Shown piece after piece: positions 43,390 to 53,320 of a DNA stretch of 55,797 nt. The number at the start of each line of letters is the position of its first letter. The first letter of the stretch is position 1. Source of the stretch: a virus (lineage: Duplodnaviria > Caudoviricetes). Both the position numbers and the translations under genes were made by a program. The DNA is taken from the IMG/VR virus record IMGVR_UViG_3300032087_002848, positions 1-55,797 of that record. One strand, given 5' to 3'. A model generated the notes under the pieces. That model saw only the letters and a list, made by a program, of their open reading frames with translations. It ran no database searches and was not told the DNA's origin.

Positions 43390-46300
43390 CCCATTAAGCT
43401 TCCTATGCCCTGACCCTGCCTAATTAAGCCTGAAGCAATGTCTGTCGGGAACATCGCAGCATAACGGCTCCTGTCAACCGGGCCGCTGGCCGCGGGAGGC
43501 GGCGTAATTGGCCTCGGCTGAACAGGAGCAGCCGACGCAACACTGGTTGTGGGAGCTGCCGGTTGCGACGGTAAGTTGTTGGGTTGAAGAAGTTCTGGTC
43601 TGACTGAGCTTTGATCGTCCGAAAGGCCCATACGTTCAAGCATCTCTTCTCTAGTTATTCCAGTACCACGGTCTTCATCCTCATACATTTCACGAATGAT
43701 GTAAGGGGATTGACCTGCGGCTACTTCAAAACCTTTATCTGATAGGATGCGTTGAATACGACTTAGTTGGTTTTGCTTTTGTTTTGCGTTAGTTGCTGGT
43801 CGTAACAAAGTAGCAGCCAATTCTGGATCAGCAAAGAGCATCTGCATCGCTTCCATCCGCTTTGAGGAAGGATTGTGTTTAAACATATCTAAAATAAAGC
43901 GCTTACCTGCCGCCGCTGCACTAATTGCGCCTGTTCCCGATTCTCCACCCATCAAAGCTTTATAGGCTTTTGAACCACCTGCAAGACCAACCATTCCGAC
44001 ATAAAAATCGAAGATGGGTCCCGCCTGTTGAATCAATTCAGGATCATCTAATTTACCCGCAGCGTCTGCTGCCGCTAACCGTACCATTTGATTAGAGATG
44101 GTACGCATACGAGTAATCTGGTTTTTATCCATTATCCCGTATTGTTTAGCTATATCGACTAGAGACTGAGATCCACCACTTAACCCAGCGCCTTGTCCTT
44201 TAACTGGACTAAACATTATTTTGTGAAAAGTTATAGGATCAAAGGTTTTGATGGACTCGCCACCCGCGTTCATAAACGCATATTGCAATATAGCGTTTTC
44301 AAAACCCTCGTTTATTTTTGCCCGAATTGCATCTTGCTCTTCTTTAGGAAGAAGCTTGCCGTCGGGGCCTCTGTACTTGACCGTGGTTAAACGGAACAAA
44401 CGCTTTAGGCCGCCCACAGGGTCTTTAACAGTGCCTTTTTTAGGCACAAAATTCATAGCTTCTGAAATAGCCGCGGTTGGGGAACTGTTACCAATTAGAC
44501 CCGCAAGATAAGATTGACTGTCGGCTAATTTCTTTGATTCCGCGGAGCGAGCATCATAAACCTCAAAGGTGCGTTGAGCTGCAATTGCATTATCTAGATC
44601 CTGTTCTAGGGCCGGGAACCGCGATAGAGTTTCCGCGTTCTCTTGTTTCCACCTAGCTAAAGCGTCAGCATTTACCTGACCTTCTCTGGAGTGGCCCGGA
44701 GGAAATACGGACTTTTTCCGCGCATCACGGATAGCGCTTTCCATGATGTTGTTAATGGTTGTGAAGGTTTTTGTTGCTCCTTCAAAACCTTGTTCTTGGG
44801 CAAACTCAGCTATGCCTTGTAACTCTTGTATCCGAAGATCGGTAACATCCGGATTTCCGCGGATAAACTGTTGTGTTAAAAGCTCTGGAGGAATACGTCG
44901 CGCACCCATTGCTGTTTCGGCACGAGCTTTACCAACTATGGAACGAGTATAAACATCGTTTAATGCTGCGGAATAGCTACGTGCTACATCGTAAGCGTCA
45001 TTAACACCATCTTCAACGGTGTTCATGTCATCCAAGATAGCTTCGGCTATCTCACCAAATTGCCGAGCTTGGTTAGCCGTGCCTCGACGCGTTGTAGCAC
45101 CACTATATAAGTTAGAGGCGTCATTTAAAACTTCTCGTCTAAGTTTCACAAGTTCGTCCGCTGTTACAGGAGAAACTCTGGATGGGTCGGCTTTTGCTAT
45201 TTCTAGCTCGAGTATTTTCGCTTGTGCGCGGGCCGCAGGAAGCATTGTGCTCTTTTGAGCATTAGTGAACCTGTTACCATACAGCATTGCAAACTTAGAT
45301 TTATCTTCAAGTTGAGAAGAAATCTTTTTTGCAGCAGCTAGACGGTTTGAAAGCGATGCGCCCTCTCCCGCCTCCTGATTTATAAGCGTGTTAAGAGCGT
45401 TGACAGAATCGGCATCTTGTCTGGTTAACCGGCTAATAACACCTTTTTGTTCAGCAATACCTTGACGAATATCCAAACCAAGCCGTTGTTTCATGTTTTG
45501 TACGGTTTTATGGAGCGCTGGAGCGGCGGCTATAAACTCATCGCGATATTCGGGTAATATGTCTTGTAAAAGCTCGTCATATTTAAGGATAAAGGAAGGT
45601 GTAACACTTCCCTCAATAATTTCTTGAGGATTAAATACTGTAAATCTACCCACCTTATCCCACAGAGCTTTTTCTCTACGACGAGCAAGTTCTAACTGAC
45701 TGTCTATGGTATCCGCCAACATGCCTGAAAAAGCTTGCTGGCTTCTTTCGTTAATTGGTCCCTTTAACAATTGTTGAGCCGCTTTTATCCGCGCATCAAC
45801 GGCAGCCGTCAAACGAGTTTTAAGGGCATCATCAAACATTCCTCGGCGCAAAACAGCGGCTGTTTTTAAAGCATCCTGAGAGCCTTCTGATATTAGACCT
45901 TTGATCCAGTTATCAAAAAACTCTTTTGCGTTACGGTCAGCTTTCATTTTAGTGGCCATTAATTCAGGATTTTGTTTAGCCATTGCGGCTTCAACCATCA
46001 TCAAAAGGCCTGTATCGTCTTCTAACCGTTGACCGGCAGTAAATTCAACGTCAGGGAACACTTCGGATAAAATCGCCCGAGTTTCTGCGTTATTAAGATC
46101 GGCCATCATTTTTTCATAATTGCCGCCGTGAAGCTCGAACAACTCGTTCATCCGGTTAAAGAGCTTCCGTTGCTTACCTGTAGCAACCTTACCAATTAGA
46201 ACGTCACCAGCGTCGCCATTCTCTTTTACAATGTTGTAAGCTTTTGGCATAAGCTTACTTAAAGTAGCCGCGAAGGTATTACCCCCGATAAGTTCACTGG

Positions 46301-47201
46301 CTAACCTTGGACCTGTTTGTCCCGGATATGTTGCTTCTGCATATCTTGCACCTACACCCGACCCCAAAACAGGTACAGCTTCGCCCAAAACAGTTAAACC
46401 AGCGCCTACTTTTGAAGCTTTAGCTGATCGGCCCATGCCTTCGATCATGTTTTCGATAGCCGCCGTCATCCGTGTGGCAACAGGCGCTGAAGCATCTTCC
46501 GCTAAATTAGCAATAAAGTCCCGTGCAGCGCGATTCGTGAACTGTTTCATAAGAAAAGGGAACTGTATGCCCGCGGTACCACCGCCAAGGGTACGCACCA
46601 TTTCTACGTTGGCTTTTTGCCCCGGTAATATTGGAACATCTGGGCCAAAAATACCTTCTTCTAAAGCATCTGCACCTTCATATAAAAGCATACCACTGCC
46701 GATAAAGGCCGCTAAAGGAGGTGCGGCCTGTAAACCAAACTGTAATATACTTGTGGGCGGCTTACGAAAGGTTCTTGCAGCAGTCATTTGTGCTGCTTTT
46801 GTGCCAGCAGCCACACTAGGTGCAGTTTTGAAAAACTCAGAAAAGAAGGCTCCGGGTAAAGAGCCTATTTCAGCGTTAGATAATAGCGCGGAGATAGCAT
46901 CAGGGTTCTGAAATCGAACAGCACGTTCCGCGGGGAGCATATCGCGGATAGGCTTCTGTTCTCCATTAACTTCCATTGTGTATTGAGGTGAAAGCTGGTC
47001 AAAAAAGGTAGCTTTCCCTGATTTGATCAGGTCATAGTTGAAGAAATTGGGGTCTTCCTGAATTTGATCAGCAAAATCTACCGAAAAGGTGTTAACCAAA
47101 TCTTTGGCCAAATAATCGGAAGCTTCCTGCCCGAAGTTAAGGCGAAAATCGTCAATTATCTCAGGTTTGAGCTCAACTTTATTGATCGTGAGATCAGCCA
47201 T
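43386..47201 (-). CDS. Large DNA ejection/internal virion protein
   Basis: 1271 aa, helical, Gly-rich hydrophobic stretches; podoviral ejectosome position. Confidence 0.6.
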   Translation of the reverse strand: MADLTINKVELKPEIIDDFRLNFGQEASDYLAKDLVNTFSVDFADQIQEDPNFFNYDLIKSGKATFFDQLSPQYTMEVNGEQKPIRDMLPAERAVRFQNPDAISALLSNAEIGSLPGAFFSEFFKTAPSVAAGTKAAQMTAARTFRKPPTSILQFGLQAAPPLAAFIGSGMLLYEGADALEEGIFGPDVPILPGQKANVEMVRTLGGGTAGIQFPFLMKQFTNRAARDFIANLAEDASAPVATRMTAAIENMIEGMGRSAKASKVGAGLTVLGEAVPVLGSGVGARYAEATYPGQTGPRLASELIGGNTFAATLSKLMPKAYNIVKENGDAGDVLIGKVATGKQRKLFNRMNELFELHGGNYEKMMADLNNAETRAILSEVFPDVEFTAGQRLEDDTGLLMMVEAAMAKQNPELMATKMKADRNAKEFFDNWIKGLISEGSQDALKTAAVLRRGMFDDALKTRLTAAVDARIKAAQQLLKGPINERSQQAFSGMLADTIDSQLELARRREKALWDKVGRFTVFNPQEIIEGSVTPSFILKYDELLQDILPEYRDEFIAAAPALHKTVQNMKQRLGLDIRQGIAEQKGVISRLTRQDADSVNALNTLINQEAGEGASLSNRLAAAKKISSQLEDKSKFAMLYGNRFTNAQKSTMLPAARAQAKILELEIAKADPSRVSPVTADELVKLRREVLNDASNLYSGATTRRGTANQARQFGEIAEAILDDMNTVEDGVNDAYDVARSYSAALNDVYTRSIVGKARAETAMGARRIPPELLTQQFIRGNPDVTDLRIQELQGIAEFAQEQGFEGATKTFTTINNIMESAIRDARKKSVFPPGHSREGQVNADALARWKQENAETLSRFPALEQDLDNAIAAQRTFEVYDARSAESKKLADSQSYLAGLIGNSSPTAAISEAMNFVPKKGTVKDPVGGLKRLFRLTTVKYRGPDGKLLPKEEQDAIRAKINEGFENAILQYAFMNAGGESIKTFDPITFHKIMFSPVKGQGAGLSGGSQSLVDIAKQYGIMDKNQITRMRTISNQMVRLAAADAAGKLDDPELIQQAGPIFDFYVGMVGLAGGSKAYKALMGGESGTGAISAAAAGKRFILDMFKHNPSSKRMEAMQMLFADPELAATLLRPATNAKQKQNQLSRIQRILSDKGFEVAAGQSPYIIREMYEDEDRGTGITREEMLERMGLSDDQSSVRPELLQPNNLPSQPAAPTTSVASAAPVQPRPITPPPAASGPVDRSRYAAMFPTDIASGLIRQGQGIGSLMG

Positions 47202-47203
47202 GT

Positions 47204-49963
47204 TTAGTCGCTCCCCTCGACTGCTCCAGCACTTTTATTAACTCTTGGAAGATTACCCGTAATCCCACCACCGGAAGAGGAACTAACACCCGCGCCGCGG
47301 CCCCCGATGTTTGCTTCGTAAGCAAGAATTGCTGCGGTGTATTCAGCAATAAGTTTTTCGGTATCCATTACTGCAAGTCTAGCTTGTTCTACTGTTTCCG
47401 AACTAAATGCACCCGGTACTTGTTCGGCTCTATCTAATATATATTTCGCACGAGCATAACCGGAAGCCAAAGAATTTCTTACTGTGCGGAGTTGCTGAAG
47501 GGCACCCACATCAGACTTTGCCCCGCTTGGAAGGAAGCCCTTAACTTCTTGCATAATAAGCTCTACATCCAAAGCAAAGACTTTACCTTTAGTATCCGCT
47601 CTAAGGACATTTTGCGTCCGACGACCAAGGGACGCAAGTTCTTTATCAGCAGCACTTGTGATCTTGCTCTCTCTACCGGCATAGCCCGTACCCAGACCCA
47701 ATTCTGCAAGCTGTCCAGCAATACCATTGAAGAAGCGGTTAAGCGAAGAAACAAAACCTTGCGATTTAGTGTAATCCAAGCCCGTAATAATAAAGGTTGG
47801 ATCAGCCGTGGCCCGCTCAATATTAACCGTGCCGTCTGGGTTGATCAGAGGCACATCTTGCGACGGACCGAGCTTTTGCATCTCCTCTTGCGATAAATCC
47901 AACGTGTTAAGAGGAACAGGTGATTTAAGGTTAGAATTACCCAATATACGCTTTTTAATTGCTTCCTTAACAAAATCAGGTAGCTGTCGTTTCTGCATAA
48001 ACCCACGGGCATCCGGAACAGGGGCCGTGTAAGCTGCAATCATGCTATCCATTATCCTGTCATCACCGCCCTCGGCATAGGCATCAATAGCCTTAACACC
48101 TTCTGCAACTTCACCAAGAGAGAAATAACGAAGGGCTTTGTCAGCGCTGCCCTTGCCAAAGATATCTGGCGGAGTGTCAGCCTTTTCATAAGGACGAAAG
48201 GCATCCGCACCAAAAGCATCTTTAAGGGAACTTATTTCTTTTTCGTTGAGATAAAGAGGGGTTCCCGCAGGTATACTCTGTCCTTTAATAACCATGTCTT
48301 TGGTATTAATGACAGGCTTAGTGGACTCTGGACCTTGTGTTGTGGTAACACCACCCAGTGTACCACCAAGGCCACCTTCATCTACAGGTGTAATGGCTTT
48401 TTCGTAAGCGTCCGTGCCTTTTCTATACACTCTGCGGCTACCATCAGGGAAAACGATGTTTACGTCTTCTTTCTCTTCTGCTTTGTAAGGTTTAACCGAG
48501 GTTGCAAAACCTTCAATTTTATCCGCTTCTCCCGAATCTATTGCAATAATAGTTCCGGGCAGTTGTTGCTGACCCTCATAAAAAATAGGTTTTGTTACTT
48601 CGTAAAACTTCTTAGCTCCACCCTCACCGCTTACTTCTTTGTAGGGTTTCAAAGCATCCGGATCTATTTTGGCCACCTGATTTGGACGTAGGTTTAAAAT
48701 TTTACCTTTGGGGTATTCTACCCCATCAAGCACTATAGGCTTTTGTGTGACAAAAGCTTTGGTGGCTTTTACCTCTGTAGTTTTAGATTTAAGCCTTTGT
48801 AAGGCTCGAGCTTCTTTAGCAGCAACTTCTGCCGCCAACTTAGTTTCAGCCGACTGCAACGCAGCTAAATCAAGGGCGCGCTCTTCCTTCTTAGAAGCTT
48901 TTTCGGCCTTCGCCTGCTCCGCCACTCTAGCAGCAATAGTCTGTGGTAGCTTAGTTTGTGCCGCAACAAAAGCAAGCCGCTCTGCCGGGCTCATACCAGA
49001 TCGCTCTCCGGGCACTCCACCCGCATAAGCAAGACCCATCTGCGCTATATCAAAAAGTATTTGCGCCTGCATGGCGTCTTTATCTTTTTCGAGTTGCGCG
49101 GCGCGTTCTTCGGGATCACCTAAACCATACTTACGATAAATTGCTTTTTGAGCGTCCATCAGTTGACCAAGACGTGTTCCGTCGCCTTGAGTTGGTGCGG
49201 GCACCGCGTCGTTGTTCGCAGCTAATCCGTAAAGCGCTAAACTGTCTTCAAGGCCCAGATCAAACCCACCACCAGCTACCCGGTTCCTATTCTCTGGAGC
49301 AAAGTATTGAACCGGCTGGTTGTATCCGCGGCGGACCAGCCCGCCTTGGTTAAAATTTACGGGAGGCGGGCCCTCCATACCCATAGGAGGCATCTCTTCT
49401 GGTGGCGGTTCAGACACCGTAGACATAATACCTCCGGCCATATCGCCTTCAACCGGTTGAGTCATCTCAGCTTCGGCCAAGCCCCCAATGCCTTGGTCCA
49501 CGGCGTTCATCATCATTACCGGCTGAAGAAGAGCCAAAACAGATTCAGGGGTTTCTCCCGCATCTTCTGGACCGACTATTTCAGCAAGCTCTTCGTAGCG
49601 TGATTCTAACGGAGCCTCATCGCCCCGAATGGAGTTAATTACTGTCTCAAAGTCTTCAGCGTCATCTAAGTTACTGATGCTCTGTTGTGCAGAACCGAGC
49701 ATTTGCTCCAGAACTGCTGGGTCCATCGACTGCATAGCAACAGAAGCCGCTTCAGGAGGAACTGCATCTTGAGCCGCCATGCCGCCAGCCATGCCGGGAG
49801 CCGCAGCCATAATCCCAGCCATGCCGCCGTCCTGCATAAACTTCACACCTCGACCCATCAAGATGTCTTTTTGAGTTATCTTGCCGTCGTTATTTAAGTC
49901 GGGAAACCCGGCTGCGCCGCCATTCCGGAACATTTGACGATCCATTACACCTCGGTTCATCAT
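47204..49963 (-). CDS. Internal virion/ejection protein
   Basis: 919 aa; EF-hand-like DLNNDGKITQKD; several xxGG motifs. Confidence 0.6.
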   Translation of the reverse strand: MMNRGVMDRQMFRNGGAAGFPDLNNDGKITQKDILMGRGVKFMQDGGMAGIMAAAPGMAGGMAAQDAVPPEAASVAMQSMDPAVLEQMLGSAQQSISNLDDAEDFETVINSIRGDEAPLESRYEELAEIVGPEDAGETPESVLALLQPVMMMNAVDQGIGGLAEAEMTQPVEGDMAGGIMSTVSEPPPEEMPPMGMEGPPPVNFNQGGLVRRGYNQPVQYFAPENRNRVAGGGFDLGLEDSLALYGLAANNDAVPAPTQGDGTRLGQLMDAQKAIYRKYGLGDPEERAAQLEKDKDAMQAQILFDIAQMGLAYAGGVPGERSGMSPAERLAFVAAQTKLPQTIAARVAEQAKAEKASKKEERALDLAALQSAETKLAAEVAAKEARALQRLKSKTTEVKATKAFVTQKPIVLDGVEYPKGKILNLRPNQVAKIDPDALKPYKEVSGEGGAKKFYEVTKPIFYEGQQQLPGTIIAIDSGEADKIEGFATSVKPYKAEEKEDVNIVFPDGSRRVYRKGTDAYEKAITPVDEGGLGGTLGGVTTTQGPESTKPVINTKDMVIKGQSIPAGTPLYLNEKEISSLKDAFGADAFRPYEKADTPPDIFGKGSADKALRYFSLGEVAEGVKAIDAYAEGGDDRIMDSMIAAYTAPVPDARGFMQKRQLPDFVKEAIKKRILGNSNLKSPVPLNTLDLSQEEMQKLGPSQDVPLINPDGTVNIERATADPTFIITGLDYTKSQGFVSSLNRFFNGIAGQLAELGLGTGYAGRESKITSAADKELASLGRRTQNVLRADTKGKVFALDVELIMQEVKGFLPSGAKSDVGALQQLRTVRNSLASGYARAKYILDRAEQVPGAFSSETVEQARLAVMDTEKLIAEYTAAILAYEANIGGRGAGVSSSSGGGITGNLPRVNKSAGAVEGSD

Positions 49964-50985
49964 CCGAATAAACCCCCTGCTAATTTACTGGCACCCGCTG
50001 CTGCGGAAAGACCCGCTATACCTAAACCAAGATATTGTTGTGCGGGCGATACGTTAGGCGCGGTAGACGCTGCAATAGTCTGCTGCGTAGACGGCGCACC
50101 TTTATAAATGTCTGAAAGATACGCAAACCGTTGATAGGGCTCATACAACTGAGCAAGCTCGCTCTGCCGTTGTGCTTCCAAAGTGGCTTGCTGTTGAGCC
50201 TGCTGCTGTTTTCCAAGCTCAAATTGAGTTGTGATGTCGCGAAGAGCAGACTGTTGAGCAAGTTCGCCAAGGCTGGCCTGCTGTAGACCAAGCTGACCAA
50301 GCGCCTGACCGGTTTGCAACCCAAGCTGACCAAGCGTTTGACCGGCCTGCAAGCCCAGCGATCCAATGCCTTGAGCCGCGGCCAACCGGCGTTGCTGCTC
50401 GTTTTGTGCCGCCTGTTGCGCCTGCATAAAGTTTTGAGCCTGAGATTGAGCCAAAGCAGCCGCTTCGTTGCGCCCGATTTCCGCTTGCTGGATCGCGGCC
50501 CGTGATCCGCCGAACGCGGACGGTCCACCGGGAGCACCGACAGCGCCTAAATTGGCCGCGGCCCGTTGTTGAGCAAAACTACGGCTTATTTCGTCCTGAA
50601 CCGCCTGTTGATAGGGATTCATGTATTGAGCTATTTGCGCCCCACTTACAGGAGCGGCACCTTGCTGGTACATTTGACCAGCAGTGCCATAAGCACCTTG
50701 TATATATGGCGTAGCTGTTTGCCCTGCACCTATAAGTGTAGGTGCGGCCATACCCATTGTTTGACCAGAAGTATCAAGATAAGGCTGGTAACCCCCAATA
50801 CCGCCGGAAGCAGGAGAAGCCGCTTGAATAGCAGCCTGTTGTAGCCCAGACATCTGAGCTACTTGTTGGGTTGGAAGCGTGATCCGTTGGTTGGCTAAAC
50901 CTTTAGCGCTTTCAAGAAGCCCTAGCTTGTAAGCCTCAATTTCAGGGGCTTCACGGACTATTTGTACTTGGGTTTCAGTAGCCAT
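49960..50985 (-). CDS. DNA transfer/pilot protein
   Basis: Q/A/G-rich; YMNPYQ..V, AFGGSR; hydrophobic C-terminus. Confidence 0.65.
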   Translation of the reverse strand: MATETQVQIVREAPEIEAYKLGLLESAKGLANQRITLPTQQVAQMSGLQQAAIQAASPASGGIGGYQPYLDTSGQTMGMAAPTLIGAGQTATPYIQGAYGTAGQMYQQGAAPVSGAQIAQYMNPYQQAVQDEISRSFAQQRAAANLGAVGAPGGPSAFGGSRAAIQQAEIGRNEAAALAQSQAQNFMQAQQAAQNEQQRRLAAAQGIGSLGLQAGQTLGQLGLQTGQALGQLGLQQASLGELAQQSALRDITTQFELGKQQQAQQQATLEAQRQSELAQLYEPYQRFAYLSDIYKGAPSTQQTIAASTAPNVSPAQQYLGLGIAGLSAAAGASKLAGGLFG

Positions 50986-52805
50986 TACGCCATTCTCCGC
51001 CCGCGGGACTCAAGATTTCGCATCATCCCGTACATGTTGTTTATGCCCTGACGGACGTTCCCGTTTCCAAGCCCGCGGACTGCGTCAGTTGTCATAACGA
51101 ACTCACCCGGCATGAGCATTGCACGAACACTGTCCTTACCGGGTATACCTTCGTCAGGCATGATACCACCTACACGACGTGGGAAGATCTCTCCACCTTC
51201 GGCAGCGGCCTGAATAGGCCTATACATGTTGCGGTAACGGGCGGTTCCAAAAGGGTCTGGGTTGTAAGTGCGAGGACCGGGTAGTCCCGCGTATTGTGTA
51301 GCAACCTCATAAGGTCCTTCAGCGCTTCGGAGCTCGTAGTTAGCAAGCCTATATCTGGTAGGGTCTTGTTCGAGAAGGTCTGATCCCGAGGGTCCTTGGA
51401 TAGCGTCGATATCCAGCTCTTCCTGTGGTGGAGTATCAAAGGCCCCCGCAGCATATGCCGCGCCACCTGCTAATGCAGCGGCTGGCAAGTAAGTGCGGAT
51501 AAGGCTCGGAGCGGCTTCCGCGGCTAGTTGCTTGGCCATATCTAAGGATATCCGGCCTTGGTTAGCTTGATAAATTTCTGTAGCAGTTGGCCCGGATGGC
51601 AAGAAAGCGTTTTGTAGCCCTTCTACAAAGCCAACGTCGTCGCCGGGTGTAACAGCGCCTTTGAGGCTTTCAAAGAAGCCGGGTGTTTCTGGAACATTAA
51701 CGCTTGGAGCGGCGGGAGCGGCGGGAGCGGCGGGAGCAGTGGGGGTAGAAAGAGAAACTTGTTGGAAAGCTGCTCCACTATCTGCTACTGGCATAACCGT
51801 TCCGTCGGGGGCAACCGCATATGGCCTACCGTAAGCGTCAAGACCTGTTGAACCGGGCTGGTTAACAAGAGATGATGCAGGCTGGTTAGTGACAGATGTT
51901 GCGGCTTCCCTTACAGAAGGAACGGCGGCTTTAGGTACGTCCGAGCCGAACATGTCCATGTATCTAGTGTCTTGGTAAGCAGTTCCACCTTCTGAAGCAG
52001 GACCCGCAGTCATGTTTGACATGGAGATACCAGAGAAGTCCCCACCAAGTGCGCTACCAATGCTCTTAAATCCTGCGCTCAAGTTAGCGGGATTAGCAGC
52101 CTTACCTATAGAAGAGAAGAACCCTTGTCCGGACAGAGCCCCGGAAGCGCCAGCAAAGAGAGCACCTGTGCCACCAGAAATAAGTGCGGATTTAAATGCG
52201 TCCCCTATACTACCGCCTTGTATCAACGTCGCGATACCGGAACCCAGTGCTGCACCATAAATAGGACCAAATATAGCTGTTCCTACAATCGGTAGGACAA
52301 TCGGAGCTACCTTCTTAGCTACCTTTACAACACCTTTAACAGCCTTTTTAAGAGTTTTTGTAACCTTTTTGGCTGCCTTAGATATTGATTTAACACCTTT
52401 TTTAAACGCTCGGCCAATACTACCAAAGGAGAAAAACTCCGGCATACCGGTTTCCGGGTTGATCGAGTTAGCACCAGAACCGACAACGTAGCGTTCAGGG
52501 TCTTCAACACCTAATTCGCGTAAATGATCAAAAATAGAATCTCGAAGCTTTGGGTTGTTTTCAATCAGGGCTTTTGGAACAACCAGCTCACCGGTCTCGA
52601 CGTGAGCTACAGTGTCATCACCAAAACGACCGTATGAGGCCATTCTGTCTGCCACGTCTTGGAAATTAGCAATACCGGAAGTACCGAACTCTTCTTCGGT
52701 TTCAGCGCGTTCTAGAGCCTCTAGCTCATCGTCTTCCAGATAGAAGTTGCCAATACCACCTTCTGGAAAAGAAAACTCTTCTTGTTTAACCGCGCTTTTT
52801 GCCAT
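50985..52805 (-). CDS. Internal virion protein with membrane-active segment
   Basis: DTVAHVETGE, INPETGMPEF, Lys-rich amphipathic helix, DSVRAMLMPGEFV. Confidence 0.6.
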   Translation of the reverse strand: MAKSAVKQEEFSFPEGGIGNFYLEDDELEALERAETEEEFGTSGIANFQDVADRMASYGRFGDDTVAHVETGELVVPKALIENNPKLRDSIFDHLRELGVEDPERYVVGSGANSINPETGMPEFFSFGSIGRAFKKGVKSISKAAKKVTKTLKKAVKGVVKVAKKVAPIVLPIVGTAIFGPIYGAALGSGIATLIQGGSIGDAFKSALISGGTGALFAGASGALSGQGFFSSIGKAANPANLSAGFKSIGSALGGDFSGISMSNMTAGPASEGGTAYQDTRYMDMFGSDVPKAAVPSVREAATSVTNQPASSLVNQPGSTGLDAYGRPYAVAPDGTVMPVADSGAAFQQVSLSTPTAPAAPAAPAAPSVNVPETPGFFESLKGAVTPGDDVGFVEGLQNAFLPSGPTATEIYQANQGRISLDMAKQLAAEAAPSLIRTYLPAAALAGGAAYAAGAFDTPPQEELDIDAIQGPSGSDLLEQDPTRYRLANYELRSAEGPYEVATQYAGLPGPRTYNPDPFGTARYRNMYRPIQAAAEGGEIFPRRVGGIMPDEGIPGKDSVRAMLMPGEFVMTTDAVRGLGNGNVRQGINNMYGMMRNLESRGRRMA

Positions 52806-53039
52806 TTATCCCGCTCCACCGCCTAGTGCCTCGGGCACTGTGACTTGAATGATAGTACTTCTTTTTTCATTTCCTGTCCATGAATTGCCGCAATTAGGGC
52901 AGTTCCCGTCTGGGTAACTGGCGATTTCTTCCGGTGTATCAACCTCATTAGGACACGAAGCGCAACTTACTATGTCCCTACTTGTTGACGGACGCCAGCG
53001 GGAGTTGTCTCCCATTACAATAATTGTATCATCGCTCAT
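52806..53039 (-). CDS. Zinc-ribbon protein
   Basis: CASC...CPNCG. Confidence 0.55.
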   Translation of the reverse strand: MSDDTIIVMGDNSRWRPSTSRDIVSCASCPNEVDTPEEIASYPDGNCPNCGNSWTGNEKRSTIIQVTVPEALGGGAG

Positions 53040-53320
53040 GGAGTGCTCACCGTAACTGTTCCAACTGCGGCAGTTGCGCTAGTGCTTCCAGAAAATATAT
53101 CATTTTGGCGCACAATACGCAAAAACCCATTTTCCTCAAACAAATCGCCAACTTCCAATGTGTTAGCAACCGAGTCAGACGGGACATCTTGTATGTTTAA
53201 GAGAGGGTTCCGTTGCTCGTCTATGACCCTGTCTAAGTTCCGGGCTAACTGGTTTACAAAGTTCTGGTTATATATATCCGGAGCTACCGGTAAAATGGTA
53301 CGGACAATTTTTGTACTCAT
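53036..53320 (-). CDS. Small tail protein
   Basis: LPVAP..Y...QL.R.L pattern; follows the tail hub gene. Confidence 0.55.
   Translation of the reverse strand: MSTKIVRTILPVAPDIYNQNFVNQLARNLDRVIDEQRNPLLNIQDVPSDSVANTLEVGDLFEENGFLRIVRQNDIFSGSTSATAAVGTVTVSTP

Noticed and set aside
51706-51740. 9-bp tandem repeat encoding (PAA)n
   Set aside because: Ordinary low-complexity linker
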